64,000 nucleotides of DNA from the human T2T-CHM13v2.0 reference genome, Homo sapiens (GCF_009914755.1 NC_060927.1); one strand, 5' to 3'. Counted from the stretch's first letter, positions 13,810-30,066 are shown. The notes: generated by a model not told the origin, from the letters alone. A program made the numbers and translations.

Positions 13810-14090
13810 CATCCAAAGCTCAAGTCAACATTGCCTTTTTTGAAAATCCTTCCCTAATCTCTCTACCAGCCCCAGTTAGAGTTTATGCTCCCTTTCTTTG
13901 TACTGCCACACCATTTTGTATTGTAAGCTCCTGTTCTACTTATCTGTCCTTATCAGCCTCCTTCCTTCTCCCTCGCCCTACTAAATCACTGAAAGTTGGA
14001 ACTCTGTCATACATTAATACTTCCAGTGCCTTATGCCACGTCTCATATACAGTAGATAGATTTTCACCACGTACTTGAAGCTATTTGAAA
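13810..14090 (+). mobile_element. L2 fragment
   Basis: aaagctcaagtcaacattgcc...aatccttccctaatc...tccagtgcct...atacagtag. Confidence 0.55.
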
Positions 14091-14856
14091 ATAGAACATA
14101 CACTTTCCTTTAAATAAAGTTTATTTAAAAATAATAATCAAAGTTTGATCACTTATGTTTATCATTATGGTCCAGAGGTCCATACACCTTCCAAATGTAT
14201 ATCTACTCATCTCACTGCTGTTCGTCTCATGGTTGAGCTGCCTAGGGTTTGTGTTCCCTTTAATGAGTTTCTAGAATGAGGTGAGTTCTTGGTGTCAGAT
14301 CTCTAGAGCTGTTGCAAAATGCTTTGGGGTCCTTTGAGCTGACTCCAGACATCAGGGTGTCTGCCCCTCCATTCTTTAATTGACCTTTCACTCTCTTCCA
14401 TTTCCAATGACCCTCCTCATCTCTTTTCCCTTTAGTTTTGGCAATTGTTGGCTATTAAACCAAGTGCCATGGTTTTCAAAGCAATCACTATCTTTTTTTT
14501 TTCCCAGGACATAAGCCAACTCATCCCAACACACCTTATGACATCTTTTTGGCTAGTGTCGTTACTGAACTCTAGATTTAATCACATTCTGAATGCCTAA
14601 ACTGAATATTTAATGTGTCCAGAAAGCTGCTTTCTAGAAGATTGAGGTATTAAAATAATTGATTCCCATTTCGAATGACTCAAAATTTGTTTTGTGTCGA
14701 AAAAAAAAAACCCTCTAGAAATGTAATTTTAACTTAGCAAGCAAAAACCAGAATATGTACAGGTATTACATTTATTTCAAGTAATTCTATAAAATTTTTT
14801 ACTTTAAATTACTTTATGGTAAGATTCTTCATCCATTTCCTTTAAATTTTTCCTAG

Positions 14857-15180
<324 letters not shown>

Positions 15181-15371
15181 GGACGTGCTTCTTTCTGAGA
15201 GCTAACCTAGATACTTTCTACAGTGATTTTTGTCTCTTTTTTGCTGCACCATTTCCAGTGAAGGCACAGGTTTTTCACTTACTGACATAGTCCATCTCTT
15301 GAAAGAATTGGTGACTACTCTAGAATTTATGTTTTTCCCTTAATTGTTGCTCCTTTCCAAGATGCACATTA

Positions 15372-15455
15372 GAGCAGCATTTCTCAAAATGTGATCCATT
15401 GGCCATCTGCATCAGAAGAAGGCTTATTTAGTATTTACTGTAAAAGTTCCCCAAA
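15372..15455. mobile_element. MER5-type DNA transposon end fragment
   Basis: cagcatttctcaaaatgtgatcc...ctgcatcagaa. Confidence 0.5.
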
Positions 15456-15699
15456 ACTCCACTCTATGTATTCACTTATTCACTATTCGGCTTTGTATAA
15501 AAATAAAAGTAATACCAATAATAAGGTGAGATTAAGTAAATTTAGATTATGGTCCACTCTGAACCCCTGATTATCCTCCTTGTATGTTCAAAGCCAGCCT
15601 GTTTAATTATGTGTTATAGTGTTTAAAAGGCCCTATAGAGGTCAAATAATCTTTCTCAGTTACATTTGAGAAATTCTCCTGTGTTTCCAATCCCAGGTT

Positions 15700-16781
15700 G
15701 GATTCTCCTTTCTATCCATCCTCACTCCAGGTGAGTGCATCCAGTCTCATGGCTTTCAATGACATGTATGCGCTGATGGCTTCCAAATTTATAACTCTGG
15801 TCCAACCTCTCCCCTGCACTCAGACCCATATATTCAATTACCTATTTGTCACCTCCATTTGAGTGTCTAATGGGCATCTCACACTCCATGGCCAGCAAAT
15901 CTTAAGATAACTGAAAGATAATTCTTGACTTCCATCCTAACATCTAAAACCCATACTACTTCAAATCTTCCCCATTCCAATGAGGATCACTACGTTTATT
16001 TATCTTCTCAGGCCAAAAATCTAGGAGTCATTTCAGATTCCTCTCTTTCTCTCATTTCTTACATCCAGTTCATTGGCAAGTCCTACTGGTACCACATCCA
16101 ACATATATCCTAAATCTGACCAGTCTTTGCTCCCTTCGCTACTATCATGCAGCTTCAAGCCACTATCCAGTTGGCTTGAATAGTTCTTGTAATAGCCTTG
16201 TCACTGTTTTCATGGCTGTCACTGCTATCCTCTACCCAGCAGCATAATCAGCTTTTTATAACGTTAGTCAGATTGCATTATTCCACTACCCAAAACCCTC
16301 TGAGCCCCCAGCCATACTCGGAATAAACCTAAGGTCCCTACCATGGTCTACAGAAAGCTTACATGATATAGCCTGCCTGCTTCCCCTACCTTCTCTCCTA
16401 CCGCTCTGTCCTTGTTCACTAAGCTCCTGGCATGTTTCTACCTCAATGTCTTTGCATGTGTTGTTTCTTCTGTCTGGAATCCCCTTTCCCCGTGTATCAC
16501 CCTGAATTTTTCTATCACTTCCTTTAGGTCTGTGCTCCAATCACCTTATTTGAGAGGGCTTTCTCATTTAAACTGCTATCACTCTCCATTTCCTTACTCT
16601 GCTTAACTTTTCTCCAAAACATGTACACTATCTGGCATTATATTACATACTTATTTTGTATGTTTACTGTCTATATTATTCCTGTCTGTGTTACTCTACT
16701 GGGAGCAGCACTTCTCATGCATTACTGTTTCTTCAGGGCCTGGAACAGTATAAGCACATAATATCTTTTGAATGTGTGAAT
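15700..16781 (+). mobile_element. L2a 3' ~1.1 kb
   Basis: catccagtctcatggcttt...gctgatggcttccaaattta...ctcaggccaaaaatctaggagtcat...gggcctggaacagt...ttttgaatgtgtgaat. Confidence 0.85.
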
Positions 16782-16876
16782 TTAATCCATGTCCCCTCTT
16801 CCTACAATACTTTAGTTAAATTGTGGCTTAGAGTTTGAAAGAAAACATTTTGAAATTTTTCTATGGCCTAAAGTGA

Positions 16877-17323
<447 letters not shown>

Positions 17324-18719
17324 TAGTCTGTTAATTTTTACTTTTTTGTTGTTTGAAATTGTATCCTTAAATCTGATCACACTTATTTTATTATTGAGAC
17401 CTCTCTTTTTCTTGGCTGAGCATTCCTAGAGCCTCATAGCTGGGCCCTCTATATCCCCAAATCTAAATTATAGCACGACCATAATTGTTTTTATCATTTG
17501 ATATCACTGTGAATCTGCAAGTATAAGTAATCCACAGAATTTCTTCTGAGACATTTCTTGATTTTGTGTTCTTATTTATAAGTTAGATATACTTTGGACA
17601 TGTTTAGTTATGTTTTTGCTCTCCAAGTGGCAATGAAAATATGTTAAATTGGATATCAGAAATATTAAAAGCTTCTTTTTCTTAGCTTGGCATCATCAAT
17701 TGTGCTCATGTAGGTAGTTGAAGATACTATGCCCAGAATTTAGTATATGCATTAAATGTGATAGAGTTCACTAAGAAACGTAAAAATAGAACAAAATGCA
17801 ACACTTTGCTCACAGATTGGAGGTGAGGTGATTGGTATGTTAATTAAAGGTGACCTCAACACTCTTAATATTAACCTCCTGATTTTCTCCAGTGTTTCAG
17901 GTGGAAAAAAATTATTCTTCAATATTCGTAAGAATGAGATTGGATAAAGGACACAAATGAAGTCCAGACCAAGTACAAAAACATGAGCTCCTTCTCCTGG
18001 CTGCTCAACTAATGCAGACTTAGCCTGAGGATGAGATAACTATCTCAACAGCCATTCCATTGCTCAGACTTCAAATTATAGTAATTATGACAATTTGTGC
18101 CAATAGCCACGAGGTGGGATTTTTGATGTGGTTAAAAATAACATCTGTAAAACCCAATAAAAATTACATTTTGCTAATTTTCTGATAAGATACTGTTTTA
18201 ACTATACTGTGTCTTCTGCCGCTGCCAGTTTTCAATTAGAGCATTCCTTAAAAAAAATTTTTTAACCCATTTTGTTTCCTGGATCCAATTCCATCCTCAG
18301 CAATGCATTTGTTTTAATGCTGTTAATTAATTGTTTTGTGTGAATTTTGCCTTTCATACTGATAGTAATCTTCGAGACTTTATTAATGTGCTGATTGCTA
18401 AATCTTGATACAAAAGGACCAATAGCACGACTCAGCTTGTTCTTTCTGGCTTAGAAAACAGAGTTCCCATAGCGGCCTGCTCAGCCAAGTCAGTGCAGAA
18501 AAGGACAATGATGAAGCGAATAATGGGGCTATTAAACAGGTTGGGTCTGCAATTCTGTTGGACTTGGAAATTGCTAGCTCGCTCTAGGGGCACAGCCATT
18601 GGTGATATTTCACAAAGAGATGCCCTCAAATGCATTGTAACAGTGCATCGTGTCTTCCTGTGTTATGTTTCCTTACACCCCTTTCCTCTTGATTAATTTT
18701 TGATGAAAAAAATATATAT

Positions 18720-18870
18720 TTTCCCATCTCTTTATTTCACAGGTGATAAAGTTGAGGTTTCGAGAGCTCAAGTGGCCTACCCAACTTAGCTCAGAAGGTG
18801 GATGAGTACCAAAGGCAGGACCTTTTGATTCTCCTCTCATTGGTCTTCAATTTAACCATGTGGCCTCCAA
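18720..18870 (-). mobile_element. MIR
   Basis: atttcacaggtgataaagttgaggtttcgagagctcaagtggcctacccaa. Confidence 0.65.
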
Positions 18871-19171
18871 ACCAATATGTTTGTGTGTGGGTAGCGCCAA
18901 CTGCTGCTTCCTCAGAAATCATTTTCTCATCTTTGCCCTTTGTTTACTTCATCTTCTCTCTAAACAAACAAATAAAGCTCCTTCTTGATCTAGCAGCCTC
19001 CTCCAGCCATCACCTCATCCCTTTCCTTTCCTTTTCTTCACATCTATACTTTATAAAGAATAGACTACTCTTGTTGACTCCATGTTTTCACATTCACTCA
19101 ACAACATGGTACCACTAAACTGAGACTAGTTGGTGACAATATTACTCAAACCAATCTTCTCTCTTCCTTTC

Positions 19172-19506
19172 TGTATTAGTCCATTTTCACATTGCTGATA
19201 ATGACATACCTGAGACTGGGAAGAAAAAAAGGTTTAATTGGACTTACAGTTCCACATGGCTGGGGAGGCCTCAGAATCATGACAGGAGGCGAAAGGCACC
19301 TCTTACATGCTGGCGGCAAGAGAAAATGAGGAAGATGCGAAAGTGGAAACCCCTGATAAAACCATCAGATCTCTTGAGACTTATTCACTACCACAAGAGC
19401 AGTATGGGGGAAACCACCCCCTTAATTCAAATTATCTCCCACCAGGTCCCTCCCAGAACACGTGAGAATTGTGAAGGTACAATTCAAGATAAGATTTGGG
19501 TGGGGA
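19172..19506 (-). mobile_element. THE1 (THE1C-like) solo LTR lacking ~20 terminal nt
   Basis: tgtattagtccattttcac...acttacagttccacatggctggggaggcctcagaatcat...caattcaagataagatttgggtgggga. Confidence 0.92.
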
Positions 19507-19689
19507 AAACTGGATAAAGCCCGGTAGAAAAGTGGATAAAGCCCATGTTTTTCATCATTCAAATCATGCATGCCTCACCTGAAACCTTGCAGGAGCTGAG
19601 CTGAGTGGGTAGAAGGGGACAATAAAGGACAAGTGGGAAGGGAGTGCTTAGCTACTTAGGATATAAGGACCGAGGGCAGCCAGGCCACA

Positions 19690-19790
19690 GAGCTGTGAGG
19701 GCAAGGGCCACGTCTGTTTTGCTTAGTATCATGATCCCATCATCTGCTGAATACTCATCAGTGAGAGTGGTTTCAGGTAAATATTTTTGC
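19690..19790 (+). mobile_element. L2 3' end fragment
   Basis: tgagggcaagggccacgtctgttttgctt...tcaggtaaatatttttg. Confidence 0.55.
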
Positions 19791-20176
19791 TCTAATTACT
19801 ATGGGTTGCAAAGTAAATGGGAAGTGAAAAGGTAAAGGAAAATGTAGTCTATTCAAGAAGTTTGGTTGTTAAGGAAGAAAAGAGATAGGGTGATGAGTAG
19901 AGGAACTATGGAATCAGAAGTTTTTGGTTTTGGTTTTTGGCAGGGGGTCATTTGAAGCAACTTAAATATATTTATAAGAGTAGCAAAGAGGTAGAGGAGA
20001 GATTGAAGACAAGAAGAAGATATTGATAGATTGAGATCCAGGAGGAACAATGTAGGATACACTCACACACACTCTCTGCCACACACACCTTAACAGACAT
20101 TTGGCTTTTTGCCATACAGTATAAGGGCACCAGAGTTTTAAATCTTTTGATCTTTAGAGGAAAGTCTTTCTCTTGC

Positions 20177-20535
<359 letters not shown>

Positions 20536-20929
20536 TAAATAGAAGAAAAGAGAATTTCATCAAAGTATGGAAACACTAGTCACACACACATGTTTTATAT
20601 ATATATATGGTATATACGAATTATATATGTTATATAAAATATGATCTATATATTTAAGGAAAGATTAGGGAAGCTAGGAAGGGTCATAAATGAAATAAGA
20701 TTGACCACGAGCTCTCTCTATTTTTTTATACATTAAAAATTTTACATAATAAAACATTTTTATAAAGCACTAAACAGTTGCCAAACTCAAATGCTCATTA
20801 TTTACTCACTCATTGAGTTTTGAAATGACTGTAAGACCTTGGGTGGTCTACAATGATAGTTAATTGAATACGTTAATATCTTTAGTGAAAACTGCATTAG
20901 ATAATTTTTTTAAATTCTGTCTCTTTAAT

Positions 20930-21075
20930 TTTTTGATCTGATAGGTAACAAATGAGTTAACTAATTGCTTTATTGAGAGTTATTTTAATTATTACTAACA
21001 TTGAGCATCTCTCATATGCTTATTGGCTATTTATTATTCTTCTTCCGTGGTTGAATTTTAAAATATTCTTTGCCA
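20930..21075 (-). mobile_element. Old L1M fragment
   Basis: attactaacattgagcatctctcatatgcttattggctattt...tattctttgcc resembles antisense L1 ORF2 3' region. Confidence 0.6.
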
Positions 21076-21079
21076 ATTA

Positions 21080-22054
21080 TATTTATTTCCTGTAACAAAT
21101 TACCACAAACCTGATGGCTTAAAACAGCAGAAATTTATTCTCTCACAGTTCTGGAAGCCAGAGTGGAAATCAGTATCGCTGAACAGAAATCAAGGTGTCA
21201 GTAGGGCCACACTTCCTCTGGAGGTTCCAGGCGTGAATCTGTTCCGTGCCTCCTCCATCTTCTTGTGGTTACCAGCATCCATTGGATTGTAGCCATATGA
21301 CTCCAGTCGCAAGGCTAGCATCTTCAAACAGCTCTCTGCTCCATCTTCACATCAACTTCTTCTCTGTGTATACAAAATCCCTTTGCCCTTTTGATCTGAT
21401 CTGAATGTATCCCGCCCAAAATCATGTGTTAGAAACTTAATCCCCAATTTAACAAATGTTGGAAGGTGGAGCCTAAAGGGAGGTGTTTAGGTCATGAGTG
21501 TTCCATCCTCATGAATGGATTGATGCTGGTTATAAAAGAGCTTGAGGCTGTAAGTTTGATTTATTATTCTTTCTTGTCCTCTTGCCCTTCCACCCTCTGC
21601 CACGGGCTGGTGCAACAAAAAGGCCCTCATCTGCTGCCAGATCCTCGATCTTGGACTTCTCAGCCTCTAGAACCATAAAAAATACATTTCTGTTTATTAT
21701 AAATTACCCAGTCTTAAATATTCAGTTGTAGCAACATGGAATGAACTATGACACCCCTTCTTATAATAATACTTGTGAGTATTATTAGGGCCTAGCCAGA
21801 CAATAATCTTCTCATTTCACTCTATTCCCCCAAAATCTACCCAGGAGATCCAGAGTTAAGGACAGCTAGGCCACAGAGCTGTGAGGCTGTCTGTTTTACT
21901 TATCATAAAATCCCATTATGTGATTAACTGAAACACACCTTCATAGCCTCTTTATCCTTTTTTTTTTCTCCTTTGGTCAAATAAAGTAACATTCACAGAT
22001 TTTAGGGTTTAAGATCTGGATATCTTTTGGTAGGCCATTTTTTAGTCTACCACA
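21080..22054 (-). mobile_element. MLT1C/D-like MaLR LTR hosting a nested MST and a foreign ~100-bp insert
   Basis: tgtaacaaattaccacaaac...aaatttattctctcacagttctggaagcca ... aaataaagtaacattcacag...ctaccaca. Confidence 0.85.
21392..21753 (+). mobile_element. MST (MSTC/D-like) solo LTR nested in MLT1
   Basis: tgatctgatctgaatgtatccc...gaaacttaatcccca...aaattacccagtct...gaactatgaca; TG...CA ends. Confidence 0.85.
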
Positions 22055-22084
22055 CTCATCTTTATACTGTCCTTAAAAAAAATA

Positions 22085-22172
22085 AATGTTTTATATTGGA
22101 ATAATTTTAGATTCAGAGAAATGTTTCAAAACTAGCACAGTGTTCTCATTTATCTTTCACCCAGTTTCCCTA
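22085..22172 (-). mobile_element. L1MB/MC 3' end fragment
   Basis: ttggaataattttagattcagagaa...ttcacccagtttccc. Confidence 0.6.
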
Positions 22173-22729
22173 GGATGATTTTAAAGATGTTTTATTTCTC
22201 TAAAATTGTATTTCAGGATTTTTAGGTGCTAATAAATTTGGGTATAGTGTTTATTTTTAGAATAAAGTGTTTTGAAAAAAAAAATCTATGTTGTCCTTTT
22301 TAATTAAAATGAGATCCCCATTATCCATCTCCTACTTTTCCAAAACAAGGAGGCAGAAGAGGACCATGATTCTGGCTAAAAAACAAATTGATATGTATAG
22401 CAAAGTCACACAATTCCACTTGGACCAACAACTGGAAAACAGCCATGACTGTCAAATATAAGAGAGGATTTTAGTAATATTAATGTGACAATTCCCAAAG
22501 TTTCTTTTATACCTTGTCAATACATTTCCATATAGATTTTGTTTAATTTGCTCAAGAACAGCTTGGCATATTTTAAGATTTTATTATTCGAAGGAAAAAT
22601 TGAAAGTAGTAAATTTCAATTTTGTGTGTCACTGTGTATTGAGAAAAAGGGTATAGCCTAGTTGTCCCATTCACTAGTCCCATGCTATGTCATCAAATAA
22701 GATATTGAATATATTGAATTAATTATATA

Positions 22730-23912
22730 CAGTCATGCATCAAATAATGATAGAAATACATTCTGAGAAATGCATCATTAGGCTATTTCGTCATTGTGCA
22801 GACATCACAAAGTGTACTTACGCAAAGATGTACTTATGCATAGCCTGCTGCATATCTAGGCTATGTATGTGATATATAGCCTATTAGGCTACAAACCTGT
22901 ACAGCATGTTAGTGTACTGAATATTATAGGCAATTGTAAAACAACGGTAAGTATTTGTGTATCTAAACACAGAAAAGATACAGTAAAAATATGGTATAAA
23001 ATAAAAAATGGTACACCTGTATAGGGCACTTACCATGAATGGAGCTTGCGGGACTGGAAATTGCTCTGGATGAGTAAGTGAGTGAGTAGTAAGTAAATGT
23101 GAAGGCCTAGGACATTACTATACACTATTGTATACTTTATAAATACTGTACACTTAGGCTACACTATAATTGTTTTAAAAGGTCAATAATAAATTTACTT
23201 TAGCTCACTGTAACGTTTTTACTTTATAAACTTTTTAATTAAAAAAACTTTTCTACTCTTTTAATAATGCTTAGCTTAAAACACATTGTACAACTGTATA
23301 AAAATGTTCTTTATATCCTTATTCTATAAGCTTTTAAAATTTTAAATATTTTTATAATTTTTTATATTTTTTCACTTAATTTTTTAAATTAAAAGCTAAG
23401 TCACAAACACACACATTAGCCTAGGCCTACATAGGGTCAGGATCATCAATATCACTATCTTCCACCTCCACATCTTGTCCCACTGGAAGGTTTTCAGAGG
23501 CAATAATATGTATGAAGCTGTTATCTTCCGTGATAATAATGTCTTCTTCTGGAATATCTTTTGAATGATTAACTGCAACTGTTTTAAAGTTAACTTTTTA
23601 AAATAAGGAGTACACTCTAAAATAATGATTAAAAATATAGTATAGTAAAGATATAAGCCAGTAACTTAGTCGTTTATTATCATTGTGAAGTGTATACTGA
23701 ACATTATTGTATGTGCTTTACATTTGTATAACTGGCAGCACAGTAGGTTGTTTATACCAACATCACTACAAACAGGTGGGTTACGCATTGCACTATGGTG
23801 TTAAGGCAGCTATAATGTCACTAGGCGATAGTAATTCTCAGCTCTATTATAATCTCGTGGGACCACTGTTTGTTGTCCGTTGTTGATGGTAACGTTATGT
23901 GGCTCATGACTG
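22730..23912 (+). mobile_element. Tigger3b-like non-autonomous TcMar DNA transposon
   Basis: Terminal inverted repeats cagtcatg.../...catgactg with TA on both sides; internal ttctgagaaatgcatcattagg and ggctacaaacctgtacagcatg; ~1.18 kb. Confidence 0.92.
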
Positions 23913-24429
23913 TATAACTTATTGAATATTATGGAATGTGATTTGATCTAAACTCAAAACAATGTCAGTATATCTAGGCGGTTCAGGTAAGCCACTCTAA
24001 ATTTCACACACTTTCAGGCATTTGGTGGGAGGGGCAAATGATCGGTGGCTACATTTTCACATCCTTTTGTATTTGCTTTCTGAGACTTGATGTTTGTCAT
24101 CAAATATAGATTTGGCAATAGAGATCTGTGGACTGATTTGTTGGGATTAAGGAAACAGAAGGTAAAATTCTATTTAAAGACTCGATTTTGTGATGACACA
24201 TTTTTAACTTCTTTATGACCAGCTGGGTTAATATCATGAAGAATCAAGCTGACTCTTAGTATAGGCAGCAGAACAATCATCTGTTTTCCACTACGCCATC
24301 TGGAGAAAGCTGCTGGTTGAATGACATTGTATATGATGTATGAGAGACTAATGAGAAAAGCAAACCTTTTATTAAAGTTTGAGATCTCAGAACTCCTCAA
24401 GCCACCAGTCTTCAAATATTGTTTTCTCA

Positions 24430-24585
24430 ATGGCTTTGAGCCAATTACTTAGCCTCTTTACCTCAGCTTCTCAATTGGAAAAATGGGAACTGTTATAGTG
24501 TGATTAATTTATCTCCTAAGGGGGTTGTTTATATTAATTAACTGCTGTTAAGAGCTTTGAAGATGAAAAGTGCTAACTGCTTATG
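24430..24585 (+). mobile_element. MIR-family fragment
   Basis: caattacttagcctctttacctcagcttctcaa...aaaaatggg...agagctttgaagatgaaaagtgcta. Confidence 0.65.
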
Positions 24586-25077
24586 TCATGATTACCCATG
24601 GAATAGTGGAATATGATAACTGCTTCACTAGATAAATTACTAAACCTGATACACACAAACTGTGAAATCAGGGAAGGGGTTAAGAACCAGGGCAATGAGA
24701 CAGCTGAGGAACTAACCTCATCAAGGAATATATTAGTTATGCTTTAGCCTTGATTTATGCTGTTTAAACTACCTTCTGAAATATATGTTTAAAATTTCAT
24801 AATGCAGGCATCACATTTTGCTTTGCCAGTGCCTATAATGACATTTATTTCCTGGATATATTTCCTCTATAAACCTAAAGAAATCTGCCTCAACTCATAT
24901 TCTGAAAAAATTTTATTATTTCAAGTTACTCCTTTTGAGTGTGCTCACACCCACCCACAGACAACAAACAGATTGTTACTATTGATAGGGTAGAACATTC
25001 TGCTTCTTATTTGCATTGTTCGAAGCAAACCAAACACATTAGTGGTGCATAAATGGCTATTTCTTTGAGCCAGTGGA

Positions 25078-27206
<2,129 letters not shown>

Positions 27207-27869
27207 GCCAATGAATATTTAAGGATATTAATTTACTTCCTCTAATAGTCTTTAAGAAATTCAAAAAATAAACATGTGGAACAAAGAAATAAAATGTCAA
27301 ACCTTAAGCTTCAGCTCTTACTGATGAGGACTGTGTTTTGGCATTGACCGTATCATTACCTACCTAGTTATGAGGTCATACTTCTGCATAGTTCATTAGA
27401 ATTTATCTTTAATTTTATAGCAAAGCACAACTGCAAAGCCAACGTGTTTTGGTCAACATTTATTGCATGGGCATTTTTTTTTTCAAGGGCATATATTAAA
27501 GAAAACTAAAGGGACAGAGTCTCTCCAAAGTTCTTTGGATTAAGAGTCTTAATGATACTTTAAAATATTTCATTCAGGGTATCATTTTGGGAACTTTCTC
27601 TAGCATTCTAATGATTCACAAATTATATGTAATACCATTTCATTTTGAGACAATTAATAGACTTTAAAATTTTTTCTCAATTTTTCTTTCCTTACTTATA
27701 CATATGCCACTTTGTTTTTAAAAAGGATTTAAGGCAGCCTCTTTTATTAGAACATGCCTTCTCTATATTGCAATATAGTCCTCAAAGCTGAGGAACATAT
27801 CTGGAGTGGGATATAGGAAAGCACAAATTTAAATTAATTCTCACTAGAATGCTTAATATTCATACCTAA

Positions 27870-28100
27870 GAGATACCACGGTATAGTGAAAAGCATATCA
27901 AATTTTTAGTCAAAAATCTGATTTTCATTCTCTGGCACTTACTTGATGGTGCAATTTTGACAAATCTTTTGGCTTCAGTATTCCCACCTATAAGCTGGAA
28001 ATAATTTCTTCATCATTGACTTACTATAAGGATTAAATGATTAATGCTCATGAAAGAGTGTCTGGCATCTGGTAGGCACTACACACAATTTATTTATCTT
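27870..28100 (+). mobile_element. MIRb-like
   Basis: ggtatagtgaaaagc...ctctggcacttact...aggattaaatga...tctggcatctggtaggcact. Confidence 0.75.
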
Positions 28101-28263
28101 TTTTGGACAGTAAAAATCCCTACAAAAGGGCCATTTTATATTTTTATCTAAAAATTGTGCTTGCATCAGTTTTACTTCTGTAAATAGTTCATTCATGAAT
28201 AATTCCTACAACTATAATGTGGTTGTAGCTTTCTCATGCCATAATATTTATATTAAAAGCTAA

Positions 28264-28543
28264 TTTTTTTTTTTTGAGACAGGGTCACCCAGGCTGGAGT
28301 GCAGTGGTGCAGTCATGGCTCACTGCAGCCTTGACCTCCTGGGCTCAAGCAATCTTCCCACCTTCTGAGTAGCTGGGACCACAAGTGCACATCACCATGC
28401 CTGGCTAATTTTTGCATTTTTTTGGTAGAGACAGAGTCCCACTATGTTGCCCAGGCTGGTCTCGGATTCCTGGGCTGAAGTAATCTTCCTGCCTTGGTAA
28501 CCCAAAGTACTGGGATTACAGTCATGAGCCAATGCACCCAACC
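28264..28543 (-). mobile_element. AluJ with small internal deletions
   Basis: J-type cactgcagccttgacctcctgggctcaagc; TSD gctaatttt at 28259 and 28544. Confidence 0.93.
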
Positions 28544-29009
28544 GCTAATTTTCTTTTAAAGAATTGAATTTTAAGGGAAAAAAAAGGCTTGCCCTTGATT
28601 ATTTTTCAGTTGAGAAATCAGTGGTGTGAAGGAGGTATCCTATGGCTTCATTTTAAACACAATCTTTCAGAGTGATGAATGAGGGTATATTTTACGACTT
28701 GAGTTTGCTTAACAATTTAAACTTTTACAACCTTTAATTTATGTGTCCCTGAATTCTCTATTTTCAGGCTTCAGCTACTACTTCAATGAATAAGGCATCA
28801 GTCCCTTAGACAAATGACAAGGAAATCCTCATATAATCTTAAAAAGAGAGAGAAAGGAATGAGGAAGTGCCTAAGCCTAACAGGAATAAGTCTTTTTCAG
28901 AATCCAAGTCCAAATAAATATTTGAATGAGAATGGTGTCTTCATATGTGTAGTGGAAAATAGGTCCTTTTCAGGCTTCAGATTTTGGCAGGCTGGCATGT
29001 TGACTTTAT

Positions 29010-29165
29010 CACCTCGGGATCACTGGGGTTTCGTACGCCTTGCCGCAGGCTTCATCATGCGCATGCGCACACCCCCTACCTGTTGGGCGCCAAGACCAGG
29101 CCGCAGGCCCAGGCCTGTGAGCGGCTTCCAGGAACATCACCTGGCTGTCTTCCGCCTTGGACCCC
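29010..29165. promoter_or_regulatory. Small CpG-retaining GC-rich patch with a perfect NRF1 site; candidate promoter or enhancer
   Basis: TGCGCATGCGCA at 29058-29069; 10 CpGs in ~150 bp of non-repeat DNA in an otherwise CpG-depleted window. Confidence 0.6.
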
Positions 29166-30066
29166 AGCCTTCAACTTCCCCTCCCTGTTGTTTAATCAGT
29201 CTTCATCAAATGTCATTTTAGCTATATCAACTTAATATCCCTGGAAGTCAGAAGTCTCTGTGCAACAGATAGAACCAACACATCTCTATCCGAAGATAAG
29301 TTCCGCTTTCCTCATTTCAGTTTGATGATAAACTCCATACGTTTGGATTAATTGAGAGGAAAGGCAAGAGGCCATATAAAAATGTTTGCAAGTTTGGGTT
29401 GTAGACCTAAAAAACGTTTTAAAAGGTCTAAGAAGAAGTGTAGACCACAGCAGTCTGGTAAATATAGATCTTTAACAAGTTCAGTTTGTTCATACAGTGC
29501 AGTGGGCAGTTTAAAATGCCATTTGGGAGGTATTTTAACAGTCGTAAAGGTGGATATTGCCCAGGTTGCCCTCTTTATTGGCTGATGTATAAGAGAGGGA
29601 TGGACTCGAGAGGCCATTTCTGGGGCAGAAGACTCTGCTTGGTACCCAGTGCTCAGGTTCTCACCACCAGTGGTCCCCAACCCCATGACCTGACGAGGCA
29701 GATACCCAAAAGTTAGCTTGAAGAATGTCATCACACTCTTATAAGAAGTAAGAATGCCAGAAATAATATATTATCCAAATGAGAGTCATCTGTTGTTTGT
29801 AAGTATTTTTAAGTATTTGCAAAGTTTTCAAAAAATAAATAGCTTTGCTTGCTTTTTGAAAGTCACTCCATGAAGAAAATGGTTATGTCACATGCCTTTT
29901 CTTAGTTCACTTCAGGCTTTATCTTTGAGAGATTAAAAATTTTAATTATTACGAGTATTATATTAAAGTAACAAATTATTGTTTATCATTAGCACTTTGA
30001 TCTGCTTGCCTTTTTGAACTGGATCTCTCCCCCTTGCCATAAGCTTTGTTCTTTCAGCCAGACTTT

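Noticed and set aside
15697-15736. Strong donor CAG|GTGAGT with an upstream acceptor
   Set aside because: Lies in L2 sequence where the motif arises from the consensus by point mutation; no other support.
29402-29430. Imperfect palindrome tagacct..aaaacgtttt..aggtcta
   Set aside because: Short arms; expected by chance in 64 kb.
28814-29734. 135-aa and 128-aa ORFs near the NRF1 site
   Set aside because: No recognisable domain or homology; overlapping ORFs on both strands are consistent with chance in locally GC-richer DNA.
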